A stretch of 64,000 nucleotides of DNA from Terriglobales bacterium (GTDB lineage: Bacteria > Acidobacteriota > Terriglobia > Terriglobales > Acidobacteriaceae). Each line of letters opens with the position of its first letter. The stretch's first letter is position 1. The stretch covers positions 3,206 to 67,205 of the forward strand of contig DASTJH010000052.1 of NCBI GenBank assembly GCA_035716645.1, in the 5' to 3' direction. Positions 17,805 through 26,092 of this stretch are shown in pieces. Under the pieces are notes generated by a model. The model saw only the letters and a list, made by a program, of their open reading frames with translations. It ran no database searches and was not told where the DNA came from. Made by a program: the position numbers and the translations under genes.

Positions 17805-20210
17805 TCATTCTTCCCGCAGCAAATCCATCGGATGGATCGACAGCGCTCTCCGTGCCGGAATGGAAGCCGCGACGATTCCCACGAGGGCCATCGTGATCAC
17901 CACAGCGGCGATCACCACGGGATCGTTGCCCGAAGCCTGATACACGATGCTGGCCAGGACCTTGCTCGCAGCGATGCCGAGCAGCAGTCCCAAAATGGAA
18001 CCGACACCAAGCAGCATTAGCGTACGCGTGAGCGCGGCGCGCAGAACTTGCAGCGACTGCGCTCCCAGCGCCACGCGGATGCCCAGTTCCCGCAGCCGCT
18101 TGCTGACCGTGTAGGAGGCGAGTCCGAAGATGCCGGTAATCGCCAGCAGCATGGCTAGAAGTCCGAATGCGCCGAGCGAAACCGTCGCGACTTGGGCCGG
18201 CAAGAGGGCGAGGCCCAGTTCGTCGGACCAGCCGCCCAGGCTGAAAATGGGAATGCTGCTGTCGAAACGGTGGAGCGCGTCGTGCACTTCGGCGACGATC
18301 TGCGCTGAAGGCAGCGTCGAGCCGGCGAGAAGCACTGTAGAGGTATTGGACTCTTGCAATATCGGGTAGAAGATCGCCGCCTGAGGCTCTTCCGTTAATG
18401 TTTGATATTTGCCGTCTTGAACCACGCCAACAATCTGCTCCTTGCCGTGGGACATCATCGTTTGACCTATGGGATTCTCGTCGCCGAACAGTTTGTGCGC
18501 GAGCGTTCGGTTGACAATGGCGACTCGGGGCGCAGATTTATCGTCGTGCCAGGTGAAATCGCGGCCGGCGAGGAATTGGGTCTGCGCCACAGCGAAGTAT
18601 CCGGGCGAAACTTGATAATAGCCCGCATGAATCTTCGCCCTTTCAGCTTCGCCGAGCGGCTGCGACTTGCGCGAGACCGAAGTCGTCGAGTAATCGATCG
18701 ACATAGGCGTGGAATTGGCATATGCGGCTGCCTGCACTCCGGGCAGGTGCGCGATATCGTCGAGCAGCTTCTGCTGGATCTGCGGAATGTCCGCCTGGCT
18801 GTAACCTGCGAGGTATAAATCAGTAGCTGCCAGCGTGATGCCCTGAGGATGAAACCCGAGCGGCGTCGACACCGCACGTTGCAATCCGCGCATGGACACA
18901 AAGCACGCTGTCACGAGCAAACAGCACAGCGCGACCTGCACAGCCAACAGAATGTCCCGCAACGCCCAGCGCGGAGCAACACCGGATGTACCGCCGGCGT
19001 TCTTCATCGCCAAATTGGGATCGCTTCGCCAAATCTGCCGTGCGACAACCGACGCGAACAATACCCCGGTAAGCACAGAGACCAGCAGCCCGAAAACATA
19101 AACATTCGTGCTGGGCGCAATCACAAACTCAATTGGAGTGCCCCCGACAGGCTGCCATCCATTCAGGAGTTGCAATAAGAAATCGCCGAGCAGCAGAGCG
19201 AGTCCGCCGCCCAGAATAGAAATGAGAACGGATTCGACCAGCACTTGCCGAAAGAGCCGTGCGCGGCTCGAGCCGATGGCCATGCGAATGGCCAACTCGC
19301 GTGAGCGGTCGGCCGTGCGCGCCGCGAGCAATCCACCCAGATTCACGCAGGCGGCGAGCAGGACCAAACCCGCCAGGAGCATGATGCCCCACAGAAATGC
19401 ATGCACCGGACCGCTCAGCATGTCGCCAAGAAAACCTGGCTGTGCCAACTTGAAGCTCAGGCCTTTATCGCGGTCGGGATGCTCGCGTGAAATTTGCGCG
19501 GCGATGCTGTTCAGGTTGGCCTCGGCCTGGGCCTCGCTGATGCCAGGCTTCACGCGCGCGATCAGCCAGGCGTTGTAGTCGCTGGGTTCATCGATCCAGT
19601 TGTAGCCCTCGATCTGCGCTTCGTTCAGGACCGGCAGCCAAACTTCCGGCCAGAAAAACTTCTCTGTCCCGTGAAAACCTCGGGGAAGGACTCCGATGAC
19701 CGTGTACGGCTGCTTGTTCACGCGCACGGTCTGACCCACGATCGCGGGATCGGCGTGGAAGCGCGCGCGCCAGCATTCATAACTCAGTACCGCGACCGGA
19801 GCCGCTGACTTGCCGTGCTCGTCCGAGGGCTGCAAGAGACGACCGATGGCCGGCTCGACTTGCATTGTCTGAAAATAGTTTCCGCTGATCTCGTTGGCCC
19901 AGACTGGCTGCGCGGTGTTGTCCACCTCCAGTCCCAGCCGAGCGGGGCGCGTCGCGGCTATGCCCGCCAGCATAGAGTTTCGGTCGCGCAGTTCAACGTA
20001 ATTGGAGTATGACGAGTTGCCGTCCAGCGAATAGACCTGCTCCGGATGGGGAACAGGAAGCGGCGACAGCAGCATCGAGTTCAGCACGCCGAAGACAACG
20101 ACGTTCGCGCCGATCCCAACCGCCAGCGTCAGCAGTGCCGTGAAGGTGAACGCGGGAGACTTGCGCAATTGCCGCGCAGCGAAACGGATGTCCTGGAGCA
20201 AATTGTGCAT
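17805..20210 (-). CDS. ADOP-family duplicated FtsX/MacB-like ABC transporter permease
   Basis: N-terminus MHNLLQDIRFAARQLRKSPAFT is typical of the acidobacterial duplicated orphan permease family. Two FtsX-like TM modules. About 800 aa. Confidence 0.8.
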   Translation of the reverse strand: MHNLLQDIRFAARQLRKSPAFTFTALLTLAVGIGANVVVFGVLNSMLLSPLPVPHPEQVYSLDGNSSYSNYVELRDRNSMLAGIAATRPARLGLEVDNTAQPVWANEISGNYFQTMQVEPAIGRLLQPSDEHGKSAAPVAVLSYECWRARFHADPAIVGQTVRVNKQPYTVIGVLPRGFHGTEKFFWPEVWLPVLNEAQIEGYNWIDEPSDYNAWLIARVKPGISEAQAEANLNSIAAQISREHPDRDKGLSFKLAQPGFLGDMLSGPVHAFLWGIMLLAGLVLLAACVNLGGLLAARTADRSRELAIRMAIGSSRARLFRQVLVESVLISILGGGLALLLGDFLLQLLNGWQPVGGTPIEFVIAPSTNVYVFGLLVSVLTGVLFASVVARQIWRSDPNLAMKNAGGTSGVAPRWALRDILLAVQVALCCLLVTACFVSMRGLQRAVSTPLGFHPQGITLAATDLYLAGYSQADIPQIQQKLLDDIAHLPGVQAAAYANSTPMSIDYSTTSVSRKSQPLGEAERAKIHAGYYQVSPGYFAVAQTQFLAGRDFTWHDDKSAPRVAIVNRTLAHKLFGDENPIGQTMMSHGKEQIVGVVQDGKYQTLTEEPQAAIFYPILQESNTSTVLLAGSTLPSAQIVAEVHDALHRFDSSIPIFSLGGWSDELGLALLPAQVATVSLGAFGLLAMLLAITGIFGLASYTVSKRLRELGIRVALGAQSLQVLRAALTRTLMLLGVGSILGLLLGIAASKVLASIVYQASGNDPVVIAAVVITMALVGIVAASIPARRALSIHPMDLLREE

Positions 20211-20264
20211 GAATGCGATCCCTTTCCTTCCTAGCAAAATTCAGAGTTGGTATAGACCGGATCT

Positions 20265-20412
20265 GGGTTAGGGAAGGGCACGGATTTATCCGTGCCGTAG
20301 CGAATTGGTGTCAAATTGGAAGTGCAGCGGCTTCAGCCGAGGCTGAAGCCGCTAAACACCACACTAAATACGACGGCTATCGGCACGCATGAATGCGTGC
20401 CCTTCCCTGAAC
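20265..20412. repeat. Composite palindromic element (three hairpins closed by an outer inverted repeat)
   Basis: The outer repeat is GGGTTAGGGAAGGGCACGGATTTATCCGTGCC ... GGCACGCATGAATGCGTGCCCTTCCCTGAACC. The central hairpin is GCAGCGGCTTCAGCCGAGGCTGAAGCCGCT. Confidence 0.8.
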
Positions 20413-20620
20413 CTGTCTACATTAGCCAGAAAATTTCTCTAAGCTTGGGACAATCCTTTCCGGAGCAATCTATCTTCCAGGCTCACATTCTCGCAACCAA
20501 CTCACTCCCAAGGTCTTTTGACTTTCGCGCCATGGAGTCGGCCAGTCCCTGCGTTCGGTTTCCTTGGCCGGTGTTCGCGAATGGACACTTGCCCGGCAAT
20601 AAGAATTCTTTTTTCTGTCG

Positions 20621-20750
20621 AACCCAAAATCTAAAGGACTTACTTCGGGATAACCCAATCGCAACCCAAATTTCCGTTGGGTTAACCCAAATATTGTTTG
20701 GGTTCGCTTTGGGTTGAACCCAAAGGCCCTTTGGGTTGAGTTTGGGTTCT
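20621..20750. repeat. AACCCAAA / TTTGGGTT word array
   Basis: About ten copies of the 7-8-mer in both orientations within 130 bp, with irregular 3-15 nt spacers. Confidence 0.85.
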
Positions 20751-20814
20751 CGCAATCTCCATTCTCGAATCGACTTGTGGAGTCGCGCAAAAGGCGCGCT
20801 CCGGAAAAAAATCG

Positions 20815-20945
20815 AGGTATTCCGGAATGCAAAGGACTTACAGGCCAAAATACCGGATTGATTCCGAAAACTGTTCGGTAATATTCCGAAAAAGCTTCGG
20901 TATTCGTCGGAATTATTCCGAACCCTCACCGGTATCTGCTCGGTG
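20815..20945. repeat. ATTCCGAA / TTCGGTA word array
   Basis: Units seen: GGTATTCCGGAAT, TACCGGATTGATTCCGAAAA, TTCGGTAATATTCCGAAAAA, TTCGGTATTCGTCGGAATTATTCCGAA, CACCGGTATCTGCTCGGTG. Confidence 0.8.
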
Positions 20946-21247
20946 TTTTTGGCTCTCCATTCGATGGCGCAAAGCGGCTGTAACTCCCTCCTCAAAGGTC
21001 GGCTTTGCGTCGGTTGCGAAGATGAAAGGGGAAACATAGACTCGATTACAATTCCGCTTGCTCGGCGCTGGCCCGATCGGGAACGTTCTCCCGGTGGAAC
21101 CAGCCCGCAGCGCGCAAGCGGTATCTTTTTTGATCCTGAGATGTGGTACCACAGTGCATGGTGAAAAGTCACGCACAATCTGCAGGCCGTCAGCTTGCTT
21201 ACGTTTAACGCATCGGCAATAACAAAAGTTCTCCACCGGAGCCAGTC

Positions 21248-22231
21248 ATGAAAGTTCCTGCACAGCGCAAGTTCGGCAACTCCGGCATCGAAGTTCCTCC
21301 GCTGTGCCTGGGCGGCAACGTTTTTGGCTGGACCGCCGACGAACGCACGTCATTCAAGCTGCTCGATGGGCTGCTCGCGGCCGACTTCAACTTCATCGAT
21401 ACCGCCGATGTGTACTCGCGCTGGGCGCCAGGCCACCACGGCGGCGAGTCAGAGACCATTTTGGGAAAGTGGATGAAGCAACGCGGCAACCGCCAGCACG
21501 TGATCCTGGCGACTAAATGTGGCATGGAGATGTCGCCGGACAAGAAAGGACTCGCGCGCGCCTACATCTTGCGCGCAGCCGAGGATTCGCTGCGCCGGCT
21601 GCAAACGGAATATATCGATCTGTACCAGGCGCATCAGGACGATCCCACCACTCCGCTCGAAGAAACGCTCGCTGCCTTCGCGCAATTGATTCAGCAAGGG
21701 AAAGTACGCGCCATTGGAGCTTCGAACTACACGGTTTCGCGTCTTGCGGAGGCGCTTCGGATCAGCGAGCAGAATGGGATGCCGCGCTACGAGTCGCTCC
21801 AGCCCTGGTACAACCTCGCCGACCGCAACAAATTCGAGGGAGAACTCGAAGCGCTGTGCCTGCGCGAGAAGCTGGGCGTGATTACCTACTACTCGTTGGC
21901 GCGCGGATTCCTCACCGGAAAATACCGTTCGCAAAATGATCTCGGCCAGAGTCCGCGCGGAAAAGGAGTGGCGGGATATCTGAACGAACGCGGCATGAAG
22001 ATCTTGTCCGCTCTCGATGAGATCGCGCGCGAGTACTACTCGACGCCGGCCCGAGTCGCGCTCGCCTGGCTAATGGCGCGTCCGAGTGTGACCGCCGCCA
22101 TCGCCAGCGCGACTAGTTTGGATCAATTAACTGACTTGATCGAGTCCACGCGCCTTGACTTGACTCCACCGACGCTGGCGTTGCTGGATCAAGCGAGCGC
22201 TGTTGAAGCGGAGCCGACGGCGGCGGCGTGA
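21248..22231 (+). CDS. Aldo/keto reductase
   Basis: LGGNVFGW...FIDTADVY...GESE..LG and IGASNY motifs. 327 aa. Confidence 0.85.
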   Translation: MKVPAQRKFGNSGIEVPPLCLGGNVFGWTADERTSFKLLDGLLAADFNFIDTADVYSRWAPGHHGGESETILGKWMKQRGNRQHVILATKCGMEMSPDKKGLARAYILRAAEDSLRRLQTEYIDLYQAHQDDPTTPLEETLAAFAQLIQQGKVRAIGASNYTVSRLAEALRISEQNGMPRYESLQPWYNLADRNKFEGELEALCLREKLGVITYYSLARGFLTGKYRSQNDLGQSPRGKGVAGYLNERGMKILSALDEIAREYYSTPARVALAWLMARPSVTAAIASATSLDQLTDLIESTRLDLTPPTLALLDQASAVEAEPTAAA

Positions 22232-22289
22232 AGAAGTCGGCTTGCGTCGCCTGCGCCGCGGTGAGAGGTCCTGAGATTATTTCACCTCC

Positions 22290-22481
22290 TGTCATCCTGA
22301 GCGAGGGCGAACGCCCGAGTCGAAGGACCCCAAGGAGAGCAATGCTAGTCTGCTCCTACAGGATTTCGCGCGGAATTAGTACACAGAGCTGACAACTTTC
22401 CAAAAACTTAGGTCGCCGCTTCTGGCGTGATACAGTGCGGGGGTCCTTCGACTCGGGCGTTCGCCCTCGCTCAGGATGACA
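22290..22481. repeat. GTCATCCTGAG-family paired-arm element
   Basis: Arms TGTCATCCTGAGCGAGGGCGAACGCCCGAGTCGAAGGACCCC and its inverse (22438-22481). They differ by only 1-2 nt from the arms at 8236-8448, but the spacers are unrelated. Confidence 0.85.
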
Positions 22482-22535
22482 GATTTATGGATTGGATGAC
22501 AATGAGGGTGATGACACGGCGATGGCGCGGGAATA

Positions 22536-23300
22536 ATGCGCGTCCCTCCTGTAAAATTTGAGCGGATGTCCCAAACTGCCAATTCTGTTACGCGACCTGC
22601 CGCTGAGGTGGTGCGCACGGCGCATGTGGCGCAGACGCCGAATGGCATCTGCTACACGATGGTCGGCGAGAACACGATCAGCAGCGAGGACCTCGAGCGG
22701 ATCGTAGGCGCGGTGCCGCCGACGATTGCGGCCGCACTGGAGCGCAAGGCTTACTACTTCGTTCCGCTCACGGTTGGCGAGGGAGACGACACCCGCATCG
22801 CCGAGCGCTATGAAACCGATCTGAGCGAACGCGCGGTTTGTCACCGCAATTACACGGTGGGCAACTCGCAGTGCGTCTTCATCTCGACGCGCGTGATGGA
22901 AGACAAGTTCTCGGTCGCCTTCGAATTCTTTATCAATGTCGGTCACGCCTTTGTGGAGCGCGCCGGCGTGTCGGAAGATTTCGCTGCGGTCGTCTCCAAA
23001 CATCTGGACGCGAATGTGCGTGGCGAGAGCAGCATGGATGCCTTCGAGCTGCGCAAGCTGGCAACCGCGCAGTCCGGCGATCGTGAGAAGGCGCGCAATG
23101 AATATCTGCACGCTGCATTCGCGGACGCCATCGCCGTGTATCTGCTGTCGCTTGCTGTGGATGTGGACTACTACGATCTGCGCGAGCGCGATTATCCTCT
23201 GCTCGCCCCAGGTGCGCTGGCCGAGAGGCTGCGCAAATGCGCGGAACTATTCCCGCCTAATCCGGGATATGAGTTTGCGATTCATTATCGGCGGCGATAG
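22536..23300 (+). CDS. Hypothetical protein
   Basis: Long ORF with protein-like composition and no motif I recognise. The start could be 22566. Confidence 0.5.
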   Translation: MRVPPVKFERMSQTANSVTRPAAEVVRTAHVAQTPNGICYTMVGENTISSEDLERIVGAVPPTIAAALERKAYYFVPLTVGEGDDTRIAERYETDLSERAVCHRNYTVGNSQCVFISTRVMEDKFSVAFEFFINVGHAFVERAGVSEDFAAVVSKHLDANVRGESSMDAFELRKLATAQSGDREKARNEYLHAAFADAIAVYLLSLAVDVDYYDLRERDYPLLAPGALAERLRKCAELFPPNPGYEFAIHYRRR

Positions 23301-23330
23301 GATCGTGGAGCGGCATGCCCCGGAGATCAG

Positions 23331-23416
23331 GTCAGTACCATTCCCGGTAGGGAATGGGTGCGGCGATCGGGCGCTCAGCGATGCGTCACCCGATCGCTAC
23401 CGCGATCGGTACTGAC
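23331..23416. repeat. GTCAGTACC-hairpin-GGGTGAC family paired-arm element
   Basis: Left arm GTCAGTACCATTCCCGGTAGGGAATGGGTG. The reverse complement of the right arm reads GTCAGTACCGATCGCGGTAGCGATCGGGTGAC. Confidence 0.85.
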
Positions 23417-23433
23417 TTTAGCAGGCACTCAAC

Positions 23434-23805
23434 CTACTTGCTCTGGGAGCGCGCCTTTACCAGCGCCTGCAATCTTTGCGGCAGGTTTACCATCTCCGTT
23501 CCTTTCACGATGAGCGCGTCGGCGCCGGAGGGTTTCCAGTCTGCCGGTGATATCGGGAATGCGGTGAGGATGACCACCACGGGGCGCGGTTTCAACTTCA
23601 CGGCCGCGCGAACGACATCGTAACCGGCGGTTACCGATTCCATGCGCATGTCGGTGACGATGAGGTCGAATTTTTCCTGTTTCAATCTAGGAATGGCTTC
23701 CGCGGCAGAGGCGCAGGTGTGCACTTCGCATTCGGCCAGTTCCAAAATGGTACGCAGCAGGCGAAGGATCGCCGGTTCGTCATCGACAAGCAGCAGCCGC
23801 AGCAT
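23434..23805 (-). CDS. Single-domain response regulator (REC only)
   Basis: LLLVDDEP...DLIVTDMRM (phospho-acceptor Asp region)...ILTAF...KG. 123 aa with no output domain. Confidence 0.85.
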   Translation of the reverse strand: MLRLLLVDDEPAILRLLRTILELAECEVHTCASAAEAIPRLKQEKFDLIVTDMRMESVTAGYDVVRAAVKLKPRPVVVILTAFPISPADWKPSGADALIVKGTEMVNLPQRLQALVKARSQSK

Positions 23806-24254
23806 TAGTGGGCTTGCGCGCTCTTGGAGCGGGCTTCATCCGTGTAAGCGATGCGTCCGGAGATGGCGTCGGCGGTAGCTTCGCGCAAAGCGATGTTGAT
23901 GCGCTCGACGGCGTCATTAGCGATCAGCGTAGCGTCTTTGTCACCCGACTTCTGCAGGGCAAGGCAGAGAGGAAATATGGCATTGCGCACGTGGTGATTC
24001 AGTTCGGAGACGATGGCGGTACGGGACATGGCACTGGTGAAGTGTAGTTCCTCCTGACGGAGCTGGATGGCGAGACAGACGATCATGGTGGTGAGTGAGG
24101 CGACGAGATCGCCGAGCATCACATGGGTGAGCAGCGACTGATCATGCGAGAGCGTGCTCCAATGAATACCGGCGGAGATGCCACCGACCAGCAGTCCGCA
24201 AACGACAGCAGTGAGGATTTTGCTTCCATTGGAAGCGCGGTTCATAGCAGCCAT
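23805..24254 (-). CDS. Membrane protein with a histidine-kinase DHp-like H-box and no ATPase domain
   Basis: Two TM helices, then SELNHHVRNAIFPL (HisKA_2/HWE-like H-box) and a second helix. About 149 aa. The stop overlaps the response-regulator start (TAATG). Confidence 0.55.
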   Translation of the reverse strand: MAAMNRASNGSKILTAVVCGLLVGGISAGIHWSTLSHDQSLLTHVMLGDLVASLTTMIVCLAIQLRQEELHFTSAMSRTAIVSELNHHVRNAIFPLCLALQKSGDKDATLIANDAVERINIALREATADAISGRIAYTDEARSKSAQAH

Positions 24255-24478
24255 GTCTTCCCCGGCCAGAAGTGGAGTGGGCGGCGACGCGCGTGTTGCC
24301 GCGGTTGAGTAGCGCGAGGCCGCGAAGTGCAAGAAACTACTGCAAAGTCAGTCTAGCACGCGGATTATGCTGACCGTCCCGCCAATCTAGAGCAGAACGC
24401 GCGAGGGCACACGGCCCGGCGATTGCTCCCAGCTTCCTCGTGGCTTTACACTAACCCAGTGACTGTGAGGAGCGGATT

Positions 24479-24841
24479 TTGAGCTTCGGCCGGACGATTA
24501 AAAGCTATCTTTTATGGACGCATCCGCGCGGAGGCTTCCACTATGACGTGATGGTCACGCTCATCCTGGCATTTATCTTCCTCATGCCGCGCAGCGTTTT
24601 CAAGGACACCCCTCGAGTACGCTCGCTGAATCCCGGGGAGATTGTCCTCCACGCCGACGGATTGAACGGGTTTATTTTCGATATCAGCGCATCCGCCGTG
24701 TCCGACCATGAATCTGATCAACAGGCAGCTCTGGCGCGTGCCATTGCGCCGATTGCCGGAAATGTTGAGATCACGCGGTACGAGCCACTCCGCGATGCCA
24801 CTGGGAAGGTTACAGGCTATCGCGTGTGGACGAGAAAGTGA
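24479..24841 (+). CDS. Hypothetical small membrane protein
   Basis: TTG start and one TM helix (VMVTLILAFIFLM). No recognised motif. Confidence 0.4.
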   Translation: MSFGRTIKSYLLWTHPRGGFHYDVMVTLILAFIFLMPRSVFKDTPRVRSLNPGEIVLHADGLNGFIFDISASAVSDHESDQQAALARAIAPIAGNVEITRYEPLRDATGKVTGYRVWTRK

Positions 24842-24851
24842 TCTTGCGCCG

Positions 24852-24940
24852 GTCAGTACCGTTCCCGGTAGGGAACGGGTGACGCTATGAGGCGTGTCTC
24901 CGAGTGCTCTCACCCATTCCCTACCGGGAATGGTACTGAC
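24852..24940. repeat. GTCAGTACC-hairpin-GGGTGAC family paired-arm element
   Basis: GTCAGTACCGTTCCCGGTAGGGAACGGGTGAC (24852-24883) is inverted as CTCACCCATTCCCTACCGGGAATGGTACTGAC (24909-24940). Confidence 0.85.
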
Positions 24941-24958
24941 TGGGCTTGCTTGATTGGA

Positions 24959-25675
24959 ATGACAGAGCTTAAGAGTCTGCTACACACTGGCTTCGCTTGC
25001 GTGCTCCTGCTCAGCGCGATCGGCGTTTTCGCTCAGTCGCCGTCCTCCGCGCAAACCGCCTCCAATCTTGAGGGAGTTCTCAACCAAATGGATGCCGCGG
25101 CGGCTACCTTCAAGAATGCCGAGGCTGACTTTACCTGGGATCTGTATCACAAAGTAGTGGACGAAACCGATACCCAAAAAGGAACGATCTACTTCCGTCG
25201 CAGCAGCGGCGGCACGCAGATGGCGGCGGACATCACCTCGCCGGATCAGCAGACGATTCTGTTCACCGGAGGCAAAATCCAGATCTATCAGCCCAAAATC
25301 GGGACAGTGAACGAGTACGACGCGAGCAAGAATAAGTCTGAGGTCGAGAGCTTTCTGGTTCTCGGGTTCGGCGGTCGCGGACATGACCTGGGACGCGAAT
25401 TCCAAGTCACCTTTGCCGGCAATGAAGATGTAGATGGCGTGAAAACGGCCAAGCTGGAATTGGTTCCCAAGTCGCCCAAGGTGCTGAACATGTTTAGCAA
25501 GATCGTAATCTGGGTCGACGCACCGCGAGGTATCTCTTTGAAACAGCAGGCATTTGAGCCGTCCGGTGACTACCGGTTGAGCCACTATACCAACGTCAAG
25601 GTCAACACCAAGATTTCAGACGACGTCTTTAAACTGCATACCTCGGGTCACGTGAAGACGATCAAAGGCTATTGA
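24959..25675 (+). CDS. LolA-like outer-membrane lipoprotein carrier family protein
   Basis: Signal peptide. LNQMDAAAATFKNAEADFTWDLY...GTIYFRR...KLELVPK pattern typical of LolA-fold proteins. The ORF-track start 24887 lies inside repeat 24852-24940. Confidence 0.6.
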   Translation: MTELKSLLHTGFACVLLLSAIGVFAQSPSSAQTASNLEGVLNQMDAAAATFKNAEADFTWDLYHKVVDETDTQKGTIYFRRSSGGTQMAADITSPDQQTILFTGGKIQIYQPKIGTVNEYDASKNKSEVESFLVLGFGGRGHDLGREFQVTFAGNEDVDGVKTAKLELVPKSPKVLNMFSKIVIWVDAPRGISLKQQAFEPSGDYRLSHYTNVKVNTKISDDVFKLHTSGHVKTIKGY

Positions 25676-25811
25676 GTAATCGCCAGGCTACCTGTGCCGA
25701 AAATCCTCTTTTCCCAGAGTAGATGGGACCCTATACTGGGCAACGTGGAGCCGAGTTCTGGCCTCCTAAGTAGATTGTCTTTCTCGTAATTCCAATTTCC
25801 AAGGAAGCGCA

Positions 25812-26030
25812 GTGGCCAGAGTCTTCACCATTCCGGTTAGCCCTGAACCCAAGCGTCGCCGCGCCCCGCGCATCAGCGACAAGCGCTACATCGATGGGCA
25901 AAAGCTGTTGGTCGAAGCCATGAAGTATCTGGCGCAAACCGACCTCGAAGCCAATCGCGATGCCATCGGGCTTCTCTCAGAACATTTCCGCACACAGTTC
26001 CGGATGTCCGACCGGCCAGTCATGGACTGA
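25812..26030 (+). CDS. Small hypothetical protein (weak call)
   Basis: 72-codon ORF with a GTG start and a basic N-terminus. No motif. Confidence 0.3.
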   Translation: MARVFTIPVSPEPKRRRAPRISDKRYIDGQKLLVEAMKYLAQTDLEANRDAIGLLSEHFRTQFRMSDRPVMD

Positions 26031-26040
26031 GATGAATTTA

Positions 26041-26088
26041 GTGATTTCGCGAATTTGTGATTTCGCGATTTCGAAATCGGATCGCGAC
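26041..26088. repeat. GATTTCGCG word repeat with a central palindrome
   Basis: GTGATTTCGCGAATTTGTGATTTCGCGATTTCGAAATCGGATCGCGAC. The same word family occurs at 47759-47796, 56145-56166 and 61512-61590. Confidence 0.75.
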
Positions 26089-26092
26089 AATC

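Noticed and set aside
20621-20945. Possible CRISPR array, suggested by the regularly recurring short words.
   Set aside because: The units are only 7-8 nt and occur in both orientations. Spacers are 3-15 nt and irregular. No cas genes are in the window. This is not CRISPR architecture.
20483-21178. A 231-aa minus-strand ORF spanning the gene desert.
   Set aside because: It reads straight through the AACCCAAA and ATTCCGAA word arrays and has atypical Arg/Ser/Phe-rich composition. No start context or motif supports it.
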